A DNA stretch of 63,998 nucleotides, the filler included, from an uncultured bacterium (GTDB lineage Bacteria > DAOPZR01): assembly GCA_964637655.1 (NCBI GenBank). It is 15 parts of 15 records of this genome, joined end to end, with 100 filler letters (N's around TTAATTAATTAA, not from the genome) between each part and the next. Parts side by side here need not be neighbours in the genome. Positions count along the whole stretch, not along the records: positions 31,489 to 35,802 come from CAZWUZ010000305.1; positions 35,903 to 40,208 come from CAZWUZ010000306.1; positions 40,309 to 44,521 come from CAZWUZ010000307.1; 12 more parts are not named here. The stretch is one strand, 5' to 3'. Within the stretch, counting starts at the first letter, position 1; every line of letters starts with the position of its first letter. The translations under genes and the position numbers were made by a program. Positions 31,698 to 42,401 of this stretch are shown piece after piece. A model generated the notes under the pieces. The model was given only the letters and a program-made list of their open reading frames with translations. It had not been told where the DNA came from and made no database searches.

Positions 31698-32890
31698 ACC
31701 TCGCGGAAGCGCAGGCGCTGGCACAGCGCTGCCTGCTGAGCAACAACGGGCCGCGCGGCCTGCTCCTTGTGCGCGGTGCGGGGTGCCGCGTGTGGGACAG
31801 CGCGGGGCGTGACTACCTCGACTGCCTTGGCGGCATTGCCGTCAACTGCCTCGGCCATGCCCACCCGGAACTGGCGCAGGCTGTCGCGCAGCAGGCCGCC
31901 ACCCTCATCCACGTTTCCAACCTCTACCTCATGGAGCCGCAGCTGCGCCTCGCGGAAAAACTGGCGGCACTGACCGGCATGCCTGCCCGCTCCTTCTTCT
32001 GCAACAGCGGCGCCGAAGCCAACGAGACCGCGTTCAAACTCGCGCGCAAGTTCGGCAAAACGCAGTCCGGAGCACCGTACGAGATCCTCTCCGCCACGGG
32101 GAGTTTCCACGGGCGCACGCTCGCCACCGTCGCGGCCACCGCGCAGGAAAAGTACCAGCAGCCGTTCCTGCCGATGCCCGCGGGCTTCCGCCATGTTCCC
32201 TACCGGGACATCGACGCGCTGCGCGCCGCGCTCACCCCGGCCACCGTGGCGGTGCTCCTCGAACCCCTGCAGGGGGAGGGGGGCGTGACGCCCGCCGGGA
32301 CCGACTACCTGTGCGCCGTGCGCGCGCTCTGCGATGAGCGCGGCCTGCTGCTCATCTTCGACGAGATTCAGACCGGGGTCGGACGTCTCGGCGAGTGGTT
32401 CGCCTGGCAGGCGGCCGGCGTGCGCCCCGATATCTTCACCCTCGCCAAGGGACTGGGTGGCGGCGTGCCCGTCGCCGCCACGGTGGTGCTCAATCCCGCC
32501 GTTGATTTCGCCCCGGGCGACCACAACTCGACGTTCGGCGGCAATCCGCTCGCCTGCACCGCGGCGCTCACCACTCTCGGTCTCATCGAACGCGGCAACC
32601 TGCTCGCCATTGTGCGCGAACGCGGCGCCCAGCTGCACGCCGGGCTCGCCGCGCTCGCCGCGAAGTACCCGGCGAAAGCGGAACTGGCGCGCGGACAGGG
32701 GCTGCTGCAGGGGCTCGTGCTGCGCGCCCCCGGCGCGGCGCTCGTCGCGGCCATGCAGGAGCGCGGTTTCCTTATCAACTGCACGGCGGGCAATGTCCTG
32801 CGTTTCGCCCCGCCGTATATCATTACCGCTGACGAGATCGCGCAGCTGCTGGCCGCTCTCGACGGCGCGCTGGCTGACTGGCAGCCATAA
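31694..32890 (+). CDS. argD: Acetylornithine aminotransferase
   Basis: NSGAEANE, SFHGRT, EPLQGEGG, DEIQTG, AKGLGGG; arg operon context. Confidence 0.93.
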   Translation: MNLAEAQALAQRCLLSNNGPRGLLLVRGAGCRVWDSAGRDYLDCLGGIAVNCLGHAHPELAQAVAQQAATLIHVSNLYLMEPQLRLAEKLAALTGMPARSFFCNSGAEANETAFKLARKFGKTQSGAPYEILSATGSFHGRTLATVAATAQEKYQQPFLPMPAGFRHVPYRDIDALRAALTPATVAVLLEPLQGEGGVTPAGTDYLCAVRALCDERGLLLIFDEIQTGVGRLGEWFAWQAAGVRPDIFTLAKGLGGGVPVAATVVLNPAVDFAPGDHNSTFGGNPLACTAALTTLGLIERGNLLAIVRERGAQLHAGLAALAAKYPAKAELARGQGLLQGLVLRAPGAALVAAMQERGFLINCTAGNVLRFAPPYIITADEIAQLLAALDGALADWQP

Positions 32891-32905
32891 CTCAGGGAGA
32901 CAGAC

Positions 32906-34120
32906 ATGGATAAGAGCATCAGGCGGGTGGCACTGGCGTATTCGGGCGGGCTCGACACCACGGTGATGGTGTACTGGCTGCGCGAGAAGTACGGCTGCGA
33001 GGTGGTCGCGTACTGTGCCGACCTCGGGCAGGAGGAGGAACTCGGCTCCGTCCGCAAGCGCGCGCAGCAGATCGGGGTCAAAAAGGTCATCATCGAGGAC
33101 TTGCGCGACGAATTTATCCGTGACTATATCTGGCCGTCGCTGGCCGCCAATGCCATGTACGAGGGGCAGTACCCGATGGCCACCGCGCTCGGGCGCCCGC
33201 TCATCGCCAAACGCCTCATCGACGTCGCCAAAAAATACCAGTGCGATGCCGTGGCGCACGGTTCCACCGGCAAGGGGAACGACCAGGTGCGCTTCGAGGT
33301 CTCGTTCCGCGCCCTCGCCCCCGAGATCAAGGTGCTCGCCCCCGTGCGCACGTGGGAATTCAAAACCCGCGACGAGGAGATCGAGTACGCCGAGAAGATG
33401 CGCATCCCCGTCACCGTGTCGAAAAAGAAGCCCTACTCGCTCGACCGCAACCTGTGGGGGATTTCCTGCGAGTGCGGCGTACTCGAGGACCCGAACACCG
33501 AGCCCCCCGAGGACATCCACAAGCTGACCGTTGACCCGCTGAAGGCGCCGGCGAAACCGCAGTATATCACCCTGTCGTTCAAACAGGGCATTCCGTACGC
33601 GCTGAACGGCAAAACCATGCCCGCCTACAAGCTGATCACCGCCGTCGAGAAAATCGCCGGGAAACACGGCGTCGGGCGCATCGACATGGTCGAAAACCGC
33701 CTCGTCGGCATCAAGTCGCGCGAAACCTACGAAGCCCCCGCCGCGGTGGTTTTTCACCTCGCGCACCGCGCCCTCGAGGCAATGTGCCTCGACCGCGAAA
33801 CCGCGCACTTCAAGGAGATCCTCTCGCTGCGCTACGCCGAGCTGGTCTATTACGGGCACTGGTTCTCCCCGCTGCGCTGCGCCATCGATGCGTTCAACGC
33901 GCATACCCAGCGGTTCGTCACCGGCGACATCCGCATCAAGTTGTACCGCGGCAGCGCCACCGTCGTCGGGCGCACCTCGCCGACTTCGCTCTATTCCTTC
34001 AAGCTCGCCACCTACGACAAGGGTGACAAGTTCGACCAGACCCTCGCCGAGGGGTTCAACCGCCTCTGGGGTCTGCCGCTCGAGGTTTCCGGCATCCGCG
34101 AGCGCAAGGGACGCGTGTAG
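32906..34120 (+). CDS. argG: Argininosuccinate synthase
   Basis: LAYSGGLDT, HGSTGKGNDQVRF, ENRLVGIKSRE. Confidence 0.97.
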   Translation: MDKSIRRVALAYSGGLDTTVMVYWLREKYGCEVVAYCADLGQEEELGSVRKRAQQIGVKKVIIEDLRDEFIRDYIWPSLAANAMYEGQYPMATALGRPLIAKRLIDVAKKYQCDAVAHGSTGKGNDQVRFEVSFRALAPEIKVLAPVRTWEFKTRDEEIEYAEKMRIPVTVSKKKPYSLDRNLWGISCECGVLEDPNTEPPEDIHKLTVDPLKAPAKPQYITLSFKQGIPYALNGKTMPAYKLITAVEKIAGKHGVGRIDMVENRLVGIKSRETYEAPAAVVFHLAHRALEAMCLDRETAHFKEILSLRYAELVYYGHWFSPLRCAIDAFNAHTQRFVTGDIRIKLYRGSATVVGRTSPTSLYSFKLATYDKGDKFDQTLAEGFNRLWGLPLEVSGIRERKGRV

Positions 34121-34126
34121 GACGTC

Positions 34127-35470
34127 ATGGCCAAAGCGCGGCGCGCCGGCGGGCAGAAGTTGTGGCAGGGACGGCTCGCGGGGAGCACGGATTTCCATTT
34201 TGAGCGGATGTCCTTCTCCACGCATTACGACCACGTGTTCGTCCAGGACGACATCGCAGTCGGACAGGCGCACGTGCGCATGCTGCACCGCATCGGCCTG
34301 CTCACGAAAACTGAGGCCGGCCGCATCGACCGCACCCTCGGGAAGATAGCGGCCGAACTGCGCACCGGGAAACTGCAGCCGGACCTGTCGCTCGAGGACA
34401 TCCACACCTGGGTCGAGCAGGAACTGACCCGCCGCCTCGGGAAACTCGGCGGCAAACTCCACACCGGGCGCAGCCGCAACGACCTCGTGGTCACCGACCT
34501 GCGCATGTACCTGCGCACCACGGTCACCTGTCTCGACCAGCTGCTGCGCGCGCTCTGTGCTGCGCTCGTGAAACAGGCGGCGGCCCACACGGAGACCGTT
34601 ATGGCGGGCTACACCCATGGTCAGCCGGCGCAGCCCGTCACCGTGGCGCATTACCTGCTCGCCTTTGCCGAGATGTTCGACCGCGACCGTCAGCGCCTCC
34701 GCGATCTTATGCCGCGGCTCAACCGCTGCCCGCTCGGCAGCGGGGCGCTCGCCGGCAGCACCCTGCCGCTCGACCGCGCCTTCACCGCGCGGGCGCTCGG
34801 TTTCGACGGCCCGACCGACAATTCCATGGATGCGGTAAGCGACCGCGACTTTGTCCTCGACTTTCTCCATGCCGGCGCACTCATCGGGCTGCACCTGTCG
34901 CGCTGGGCGGCGGAATGGGTCGAGTGGCACCGCCCCGAGCTGAATTTCGTCCACATTCCGGACGCCTACTGCACGGGCTCGTCGCTCATGCCGCAGAAAC
35001 GCAATCCCGACGCGCTCGAACTCATCCGCGGCAAGGCCGGGCGCCTGCTGGGCAACTATCAGGCGGTCGCCGTCGTCCTCAAAGGGCTGCCGCTGACCTA
35101 CTACCGTGACCTGCAGGAGGATAAGGAGCCGCTCTTCGACAGTATTGAACAACTGGTCTACATGCTCAATGTCGCCGCGCGCCTCATTGCCGGCACGCAG
35201 TTCAATACCGCCGCGCTGGCGCAGGCGTCAGCCAATACGTTTCTGCTCGCCACCGACGTGGTCGAACAGCAGGTGCGCCGCGGCGTGCCGTTCCGCACCG
35301 CCTACCGCGCCATGGGCGAGGAGGTCGCGCGCGCCGTCGCCGCCGGGCAGCCGCTGGCGGTGCCGCATGACGCGGCCGCGTCGGTCAACCTGCGGCGCAC
35401 CCACGGCGGCCCGTCCGCGCGCGAAGTGAAAAAGCAGCTGGCTGCCTGGCGTAAACGTCTCGCCCGCTGA
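34127..35470 (+). CDS. argH: Argininosuccinate lyase
   Basis: HTGRSRND, GSSLMPQKRNPD, DLQEDKE. Confidence 0.96.
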   Translation: MAKARRAGGQKLWQGRLAGSTDFHFERMSFSTHYDHVFVQDDIAVGQAHVRMLHRIGLLTKTEAGRIDRTLGKIAAELRTGKLQPDLSLEDIHTWVEQELTRRLGKLGGKLHTGRSRNDLVVTDLRMYLRTTVTCLDQLLRALCAALVKQAAAHTETVMAGYTHGQPAQPVTVAHYLLAFAEMFDRDRQRLRDLMPRLNRCPLGSGALAGSTLPLDRAFTARALGFDGPTDNSMDAVSDRDFVLDFLHAGALIGLHLSRWAAEWVEWHRPELNFVHIPDAYCTGSSLMPQKRNPDALELIRGKAGRLLGNYQAVAVVLKGLPLTYYRDLQEDKEPLFDSIEQLVYMLNVAARLIAGTQFNTAALAQASANTFLLATDVVEQQVRRGVPFRTAYRAMGEEVARAVAAGQPLAVPHDAAASVNLRRTHGGPSAREVKKQLAAWRKRLAR

Positions 35471-35494
35471 CCGCAACCGTTCAAGGAGCACCGC

Positions 35495-35802
35495 ATGGAC
35501 CACTTTGTCTACCGCCGCAACGAACTGCACTGCGAAGACGTCCCCGTCACCGACCTGGTGGCGGCCTACGGCACCCCGCTCTATATCTACAGTAAACGCA
35601 CGCTGCTCGACCATTACCGCAAGCTCGACCAGGCGCTGCGCGGGCTTGACCATCTCGTCTGCTACTCGGTCAAGACCAACGGCACCCTCGCCGTGCTGCG
35701 CACGCTGCACGAGGCCGGCAGCGGCTTTGACATCGTCTCGGGGGGCGAACTCTTCCGCGTGCAGCGCGCCGGGGGCGACCCGGCAAAGGTCGTCTATGCC
35801 GG
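35495..35802 (+). CDS. lysA: Diaminopimelate decarboxylase, N-terminal part
   Basis: YGTPLYIYS, CYSVKTN, FDIVSGGEL. Confidence 0.93.
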
Positions 35803-35902
35803 NNNNNNNNNNNNNNNNNNNNNNNNNNNNNNNNNNNNNNNNNNNNTTAATTAATTAANNNNNNNNNNNNNNNNNNNNNNNNNNNNNNNNNNNNNNNNNN
35901 NN

Positions 35903-36520
35903 CTGCAGGTCATGCTGCGCAATATCGACCGGTTGTCAGGCCTGTTCGACAATCTGCTCAATTTTGCGCGCGCCCCGGACCAGGCGGGGCGCCTGGCCTG
36001 CACGGAATTTCCCCTGAGCGGACTGCTGCAGGAGATTGGCGATACCCTGCAGCCATGCGCCGCACAGCGGGAACTGACGTTGCACCTGCTGCCGGTGGCA
36101 CGCGGACTGTCACTGTATGCCGATCAGCAGCAATTGCGGCAGGCGCTGCTCAATATCGTCGATAACAGTTTGAAATTCACGCCGCCCGGCGGCCGCGTGA
36201 CGCTCGGCGCGCGGGCCGACGCTGATGCGCTGTGCATAACGATTGCTGATACCGGCATCGGCATCAGCGCGGAAAACCAGCAGCGCATTTTCGCGCGGTT
36301 CTACCAGGTGGACGGGTCTTCCACCCGTCACTATGGCGGGGTCGGACTGGGGCTGACCATCGCCCGCGAAATAGTCGCCCGCCACAACGGCACCATCACC
36401 GTGCAGAGCCGGCCCGGCCAGGGGACGGAGTTTACCGTCTGCCTGCCGCAGCATGACGTCCGGCGAGGCACTGATGCAGACATGACGTACGGGATACCGG
36501 CCGGTCGGCCGGCGCAGTGA
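35903..36520 (+). CDS. Histidine kinase, C-terminal HATPase part
   Basis: NIVDNSLKFT, DTGIGI, FYQVD, GVGLGL. Confidence 0.9.
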   Translation: MQVMLRNIDRLSGLFDNLLNFARAPDQAGRLACTEFPLSGLLQEIGDTLQPCAAQRELTLHLLPVARGLSLYADQQQLRQALLNIVDNSLKFTPPGGRVTLGARADADALCITIADTGIGISAENQQRIFARFYQVDGSSTRHYGGVGLGLTIAREIVARHNGTITVQSRPGQGTEFTVCLPQHDVRRGTDADMTYGIPAGRPAQ

Positions 36521-36791
36521 TGACAGGCAACACGGGGAGAACGCAGTGCAGAAAGCAGCAGCCGTCCGCAACCTGTGCAGGAGCACAGCAGAGAACGCGG
36601 CGTCGCCACCAGCGTCGCCAGAGAAAGGATCCGATCGTGCCGGTCAGGAACTGACTGGTGGCGCGCGGCGCGCGCTGCGTTTGGCCGGCGTCCCGGCCGT
36701 CCCTGGCGACGCCGGCACGCATCTTCCAGAGCGCGTCGCTCGACTCGCCTCCCCGCAGGCGTGTCCTACGGACGCGGCATGCCTCCTGCAT

Positions 36792-36820
36792 TTGACGGAG
36801 CAGGGGAACAGTGCTACCAT
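36792..36820 (+). promoter_or_regulatory. sigma70-type promoter
   Basis: TTGACG-17 nt-TACCAT with extended -10 TG. Confidence 0.5.
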
Positions 36821-36830
36821 GCTGGACACG

Positions 36831-37626
36831 GTGAAGAAGAAGACGCCTGCTGAGCCGGTGCCCGCGCGTGACGCGCAGCCGCACGAAGCGACCGCACTGA
36901 CCCTGCGGGGGGCGGATTCTCATCGTTGATGATGATGCGGCCTTCCGCAGTGAATTCAAGGATTTATTCGACGATTTCGACATTATCGAGGCGGCCAGCG
37001 GCGAGGCGGCGCTGGCGCTGCTGCGCCGTCCGCACGAGGTGGAACTGATCATCATCGACGTGCGCATGTCGGGCATGAGCGGGCTGGAAACCCTGCCGCT
37101 GCTCAGAAAAATCGCGCCCACCGTGCGCATCATCGTGCTTACCGGCTACAGTTCGACGTCGGTGGCGGTCGAGGCGCTGCGCGGGCAGGCCGACGATTTC
37201 CTGGAAAAGCCGCTCGACCCCGACCACACGCGCACCCTGTTCAAAAAATACCTGGGCAACTGCCGCGACCAGGCGGCGGTTGACTCGCTCGGGGCCGGCG
37301 ACAAGATCGAGCGGGTCAGGGAATACCTGCGGCGCAATGCGTGCAAGAAAGTGACGCTGGCGGATGCCGCCAAAATCATCAACGTCTGTCCCAAGCACCT
37401 GAGCCGGCTGTTCCGGCAGCAGACGGGCGAGGGGTTCAGCGATTACAAACTGGCCGCCAAGATCGCCGAGGCCAAGCGGCTGCTGGCCGGTTCCGGCTAC
37501 ACGGTGGCGCAGATCGCGCTCATGCTGGGCTACGAAAATCCGGAGTCGCTGATCCGGCAATTCAAGCAGATGGCGCACCAGACGCCGACGGAATACCGCC
37601 GCCGGCAGCAGTCGGTGCAGCCGTGA
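36831..37626 (+). CDS. REC-AraC response regulator (YesN-like) with an apparent frameshift at the G-run 36907-36912
   Basis: RILIVDDD REC start at 36913 is in frame with the AraC HTH (HLSRLFRQQTG, LGYENPESL..FKQ..TPTEYR), but has an in-frame TGA at 36898 and no start codon; start uncertain. Confidence 0.75.
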
Positions 37627-37630
37627 ACTG

Positions 37631-39778
37631 ATGGCGAACGAATCAGCTCCCGGCATGCCGCCGGTGACCGGTGCGGCCACGGCCGCCACCCCGGTGGCCG
37701 GGCGGCATGTCCAACTCACCAGTTTCCCGGAAACGAATCCCAATCCGGTGGCGGAACTGGATGCGGCTGACCTCCCCGTCTACCTCAACCCGGCGGCACA
37801 GGCCTTGTTCACGGGCGCGGGCGGAACCGCCCGGCAGCAGATATTTTTTGCCGACATTGCCACGCTGCGGGTCCAACTGCAGGCGCCCGGCGCGTCAGCT
37901 GTCGAACGTGAACTCTGCCTCGGGGCGTCATGGTTCCGCCAGCAATGGTATTGCGGTCAGGCCCCGGGCCATATCCGGGTCTATGCCACCGACATTACCG
38001 CCCTGAAGGATGCCTGCGCGGCGCTGCAGCAGGCCTATACCGGCCTGGAAATGAAGGTGGCCGAACGGACAGCGCAGCTGCTGGACAGCAACCTGCGGTT
38101 GAAACTGGAGATCATCAAGCGGCAGACCAAGGAGCGGCAGAGCCAGATCAGCAACGATATCCTGAAACTGGCCACGCGCACCATCTCCCGGCAGCATTAT
38201 CTGGAGCAGGTCAGCGGTCTGCTGGCCGAACTGGCCGGTTGCCGCTGCGTGGGCCTGCGCCTGTTCACCGTCAACCGGGATATCCACGCCGAGGCCTACT
38301 GCGGCTTCGACCGCGACTTTGCCACGCAAAATAACTGCCGGCAGCAGCAGCAGGATTGCGGCGCCTGCATCCGGCTCTTTGCCGAGGCCACGGCTTCGTC
38401 CGGGTCGGCCCAGCTGACCGGATACGGCTCGTTCGTGTGCAACGACACCACGGTCATGGTTGCCGGGTTCCCGTCGCAGCTGCAGGCGGAGTATCGCCGC
38501 TGCTGTCTGGCCGAAAACTTCCTCACCGTCGCGCTCGTGCCCGTTATCTTCCACGAGCGGGGGATCGGCATGCTCTACCTGGCGGATGAGCGGCCGCAGC
38601 GGCTGCCGGTGGAATCGCTGCAACTGATCGAGTCACTGATGAACCTGCTGGGCGAGGTGGTCAACCGCTTTACCCTGATCGAAATCATGCGGGAAAACAG
38701 CGAGCGGCTGGAAAAACTGTTTGCCAACACGCTCTTTGCGGTGGTCTATCTGGACCGGCAGTTCAATTACCTCAGGGTCAACCGGGCCTACGCGGCAATC
38801 GATCAGCAGTCCCCGGCGTACTATGTCGGGAAGAACCATTTCGTGCTCTATCCGCACGCGGAAGAGCAGGCGCTTTTCCAGCGGGTGCTGGACACCGGCG
38901 AGCCGGCAACCATCTTGGCCAAACCGCTGACCCACCCGCGGCATCCCCCGACGGTTACCTACTGGGACTGGGGCATCCACCCGATCAAGGATGCCGCCGG
39001 GCAGGTTGAAGGCCTGACCTTCTGCATGGTGGACGTTACCAAGCGGAAAGTTGCGGAATACGCCCTGCAGAAAACGCAGGCGGAACTGCTAGCCCAGCTG
39101 CGCCTGTCCGACATCGGGACGCTGGCGGCCACTGTCGCCCACGAATTGCGCAATCCGCTGGCGGCAATCAAGATGGCGACCGCCAACATCAAGCGGAAGG
39201 CAGCGGACCCCAAACTGGAGCGGCACCTGGCCAATATCGACAAGAAACTGACGGAAAGCGAAAGCATCATCGACAACCTGCTCTACTACGCGCGCATCAA
39301 GCAGCCGCGCCTGGCGGCGGTGAACCCGCACGCGCTGCTCGGGGAATGTCTCGCCGCCATCCGGGAACGCCTGCCCGCGGCGGCGGTTGAACTGCGGGCG
39401 GCAATCGAGCCGTTGCGTGACTGCATCATCTTCGCTGACGAATTGCAGTTGCGGGAACTGTTCACCAACCTGCTCAACAACGCGCATGATGCGCTCATCG
39501 ACGGGCGGGGCGTGATCGAACTCAGCGCTGAGCGCGGACCGCAGACCATCACCATTCGCGTCAGGGACACCGGCACCGGCATCGATCCGGCCGACCTGCC
39601 GCGGGTCTTCGACGCCTTCTACACCACCAAGGCCAAGGGAACGGGACTGGGTTTGACCGTCTGCCATCAGGTGGCGATCAACCATCAGGGCACCATCACC
39701 ATCAGCGGCGAACCCCATCAGGGAACGACCGTCACGGTGGTGCTGCCCCGGGCGGTGACAGAACCATGCGCATCCTGA
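37631..39778 (+). CDS. PAS-GAF-PAS sensor histidine kinase
   Basis: FPETNPNPV PAS, Cys-rich GAF, VAHELRNPL H-box, NLLNNA, GTGLGL. Confidence 0.9.
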   Translation: MANESAPGMPPVTGAATAATPVAGRHVQLTSFPETNPNPVAELDAADLPVYLNPAAQALFTGAGGTARQQIFFADIATLRVQLQAPGASAVERELCLGASWFRQQWYCGQAPGHIRVYATDITALKDACAALQQAYTGLEMKVAERTAQLLDSNLRLKLEIIKRQTKERQSQISNDILKLATRTISRQHYLEQVSGLLAELAGCRCVGLRLFTVNRDIHAEAYCGFDRDFATQNNCRQQQQDCGACIRLFAEATASSGSAQLTGYGSFVCNDTTVMVAGFPSQLQAEYRRCCLAENFLTVALVPVIFHERGIGMLYLADERPQRLPVESLQLIESLMNLLGEVVNRFTLIEIMRENSERLEKLFANTLFAVVYLDRQFNYLRVNRAYAAIDQQSPAYYVGKNHFVLYPHAEEQALFQRVLDTGEPATILAKPLTHPRHPPTVTYWDWGIHPIKDAAGQVEGLTFCMVDVTKRKVAEYALQKTQAELLAQLRLSDIGTLAATVAHELRNPLAAIKMATANIKRKAADPKLERHLANIDKKLTESESIIDNLLYYARIKQPRLAAVNPHALLGECLAAIRERLPAAAVELRAAIEPLRDCIIFADELQLRELFTNLLNNAHDALIDGRGVIELSAERGPQTITIRVRDTGTGIDPADLPRVFDAFYTTKAKGTGLGLTVCHQVAINHQGTITISGEPHQGTTVTVVLPRAVTEPCAS

Positions 39779-40122
39779 TCATCGACGACGACCGCGAATT
39801 CGGCGAGGAACTGGCCGAGATCATCCACGACGAAGGTTATGCCGTCGACCTCAGCCGCGACAGCGCCGACGCGGTCCGGCTCATCGAACTGGGCGCCTAC
39901 GACTGCTGCCTGCTCGATTACAAGATGCCCGGGCTCAACGGCATCGAATTGCTGAAGCGCATCCGGGCGCGCGTGCCGGGCGCGGCGGTCTTCATCATCA
40001 GCGGTATGCCGTTTATCGAGGACCTGCTGCGGGCGGAGTCGGTGGTTGGGCTGGTGACCGGCATCGTCAGGAAACCGTTTGCCAGCGAGACCATCCTCGC
40101 GGCCATCCGGGATTGCGCCTGA
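39766..40122 (+). CDS. Single-domain response regulator
   Basis: ILIIDDD, LDYKMP, KPF. Confidence 0.9.
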   Translation: MRILIIDDDREFGEELAEIIHDEGYAVDLSRDSADAVRLIELGAYDCCLLDYKMPGLNGIELLKRIRARVPGAAVFIISGMPFIEDLLRAESVVGLVTGIVRKPFASETILAAIRDCA

Positions 40123-40421
40123 CATGAACAGTATTGGTGATTTCAAGCATCTGCTGGTCCCCGCTCCCTCCGGGAGAGGAAGCCGCGCAGCGGCAGGTGC
40201 GGGCAGACNNNNNNNNNNNNNNNNNNNNNNNNNNNNNNNNNNNNNNNNNNNNTTAATTAATTAANNNNNNNNNNNNNNNNNNNNNNNNNNNNNNNNNNNN
40301 NNNNNNNNCAGGCGGTGCTGGCGCAGGTGCTGCAGGCGACCCCCAACCTTCCGGCCGCCCGTGCCCTGCAGGCGGATCTGGCGCGGCCGGATGCGGAACT
40401 GGCACGACGCTGGGCGGGGCT

Positions 40422-40450
40422 TTGACCGCGCCGGCGATTGCTGCTACAAT
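40422..40450 (+). promoter_or_regulatory. sigma70-type promoter for the panD operon
   Basis: TTGACC-17 nt-TACAAT with extended -10 TG; AAGGAG RBS downstream. Confidence 0.65.
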
Positions 40451-40480
40451 CCATCGGCATCACACTGAAGGAGAAGAGGC

Positions 40481-40828
40481 ATGCGCTGGGTGTTGCGTTC
40501 CAAGATACACAAGGCGACCGTGACGGAAGCGGACGTCAACTACATCGGCAGTATCACCATCGATGAGGATCTCATCGACCGGGTCGGGCTGCTGCTGGGC
40601 GAGAAGGTGCTGGTGGTGAGCAATACCAGCGGCGCGCGGCTCGAAACCTACGTCATTCCCGGCGCGCGCGGGTCGGGGGTTATCGGCATGAACGGCGCCG
40701 CCGCGCATCTCATCCGCACCGGCGAGGAAGTCATCATCATGGGGTTCGAACTGACGGACCGGCCGCTGACGCCGCGCAATGTCCTGGTCGACCGGCAGAA
40801 CCGCGTGGTTCGCGACCTGACCACCTGA
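40481..40828 (+). CDS. panD: Aspartate 1-decarboxylase proenzyme
   Basis: [17 protein letters not shown] autocleavage site, RLETYVI, NGAAAH. Confidence 0.95.
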   Translation: MRWVLRSKIHKATVTEADVNYIGSITIDEDLIDRVGLLLGEKVLVVSNTSGARLETYVIPGARGSGVIGMNGAAAHLIRTGEEVIIMGFELTDRPLTPRNVLVDRQNRVVRDLTT

Positions 40829-40829
40829 G

Positions 40830-42401
40830 ATGTCCCGCGCCGCCGCACCGGCGGTCAGGCGCGAGGTCGGCGAACTCGAACTGCTGTTCGCCGTCAGCCG
40901 CCTGCTCGACCGCTCCCTGGAACTTGACGACGTTGCTGCACCGCTGCTGGCGCTGCTTGCCCGTCATCTCGGGTTGCGCTGCGCAGCGCTGACGCTGCGC
41001 GATGCCGCCACCGGGGAAAGCCGCATCGAGGCGGCGTTCGGCCTGTCGGCGGCACAGCGCCGCCGCGGGCGTTACCGCCCGGGGGAGGGGGTGACCGGCG
41101 AGGTTATCGCCGCCGGCCGTCCCGCTGTCGTTCCGCATCTTGCCGCCGATCCGCGTTTTCTCAACCGCACGGGGGCCCGCGCTGCCGGTACGGACGGTTC
41201 GTTCGTCTGCGTGCCGATCCGCGACGGGCGCGAAACCGTCGGGGCGCTGAGTCTCGAACGCGAGGTGGCGGATACCGCGGTGCTGGAGAACGATGCCCGG
41301 CTGCTGGCGGTGGTCGCCTCGCTGATTGCGCAGGCGGTGCGCCTGCGGCGCACGGCGCGGGCGGCGGCGCAGGAGTTGCGGGCGGAGAACGAGCGGCTGC
41401 AGGCGCAGCTGCGCGAGCGCTGGCGTCCGGACAACCTGATCGGCATGTCGACCGCGATGCAGGCGGTGTACGACCAGATCGCGCAGGTGGCGGAGAGCGA
41501 GGCCACCGTCCTGCTGCGCGGGGAGAGCGGCACGGGCAAGGAACTGGTGGCGCAGGCCATCCACGCCCGCAGTCCGCGCGCCCGCGGACCGCTGGTCATG
41601 GTCAACTGCGCGGCGCTGCCGGAAACGCTGATCGAGAGCGAACTGTTCGGGCACGAGGCGGGGGCGTTCACCGGTGCGCTGGCCGCGCGGCGCGGGCGTT
41701 GCGAACTGGCGGCCGGCGGCACGCTGGTCCTCGATGAGATCGGCGATCTGCCCGCGGCGCTGCAGGCGAAACTGCTGCGCGTGCTGCAGGAGCGCACCTT
41801 CGAGCGGGTGGGGGGGACGCGCACGCTGACCGCGGATGTGCGCGTGCTGGCCGCCACCAACCGCGACCTCGAGACGATGGTCGCCGACGGCGCCTTCCGT
41901 GCCGACCTCTACTACCGCCTCAACGTCTTCCCGATGTTCGTGCCGCCGCTGCGCCAGCGGGTCGATGACATCCTGCCGCTGGCCGACCACTTCGTCGAGC
42001 GCTACGGGCGGCGGGCGGGACACCGCGTGCGGCGTATCAGCACGTCGGCCATCGACATGCTCATGGCCTACCACTGGCCGGGCAATGTGCGCGAACTGGA
42101 AAACTGCATCCAGCGCGCCGTGCTGCTCAGCACCGACGGGGTCATCCACGGGCACCACCTGCCGCCGACGCTGCAGACGGCGGAGGCGAGCGGGACGCTG
42201 CCGCGCGGCACGTTGCGCGCCGCGGTGGCGGCGCTCGAACGGGAACTGATCCAGGATGCGCTGAAATCGTCAGGCGGCAACTGCACGGCGGCGGCGCGCG
42301 CGCTTGGCCTCACCGCGCGTGAAATCGGGGTGCGGGTGCACAAGTACGGCATCGACCCGCGGCGGTTCCGCCGCGTCCGCCGGGGCGACAGCGGGCGATG
42401 A
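40830..42401 (+). CDS. GAF-AAA+-HTH sigma54-dependent activator (NifA-like architecture)
   Basis: [38 protein letters not shown], Fis HTH. Confidence 0.92.
   Translation: MSRAAAPAVRREVGELELLFAVSRLLDRSLELDDVAAPLLALLARHLGLRCAALTLRDAATGESRIEAAFGLSAAQRRRGRYRPGEGVTGEVIAAGRPAVVPHLAADPRFLNRTGARAAGTDGSFVCVPIRDGRETVGALSLEREVADTAVLENDARLLAVVASLIAQAVRLRRTARAAAQELRAENERLQAQLRERWRPDNLIGMSTAMQAVYDQIAQVAESEATVLLRGESGTGKELVAQAIHARSPRARGPLVMVNCAALPETLIESELFGHEAGAFTGALAARRGRCELAAGGTLVLDEIGDLPAALQAKLLRVLQERTFERVGGTRTLTADVRVLAATNRDLETMVADGAFRADLYYRLNVFPMFVPPLRQRVDDILPLADHFVERYGRRAGHRVRRISTSAIDMLMAYHWPGNVRELENCIQRAVLLSTDGVIHGHHLPPTLQTAEASGTLPRGTLRAAVAALERELIQDALKSSGGNCTAAARALGLTAREIGVRVHKYGIDPRRFRRVRRGDSGR

Noticed and set aside
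31577-35152. Very long antisense or alternate-frame ORFs (also 24091-26961, 44566-47643, 15458-18115)
   Set aside because: Shadow frames of well-supported genes, expected at high GC; no recognisable motifs
36898-36900. In-frame TGA as selenocysteine readthrough
   Set aside because: It is not at a catalytic Cys position; a one-base slip in the G-run is a simpler explanation
40830-42401. Evidence of nitrogen fixation (nifA)
   Set aside because: The GAF-AAA-HTH architecture is widespread and no nif genes are visible
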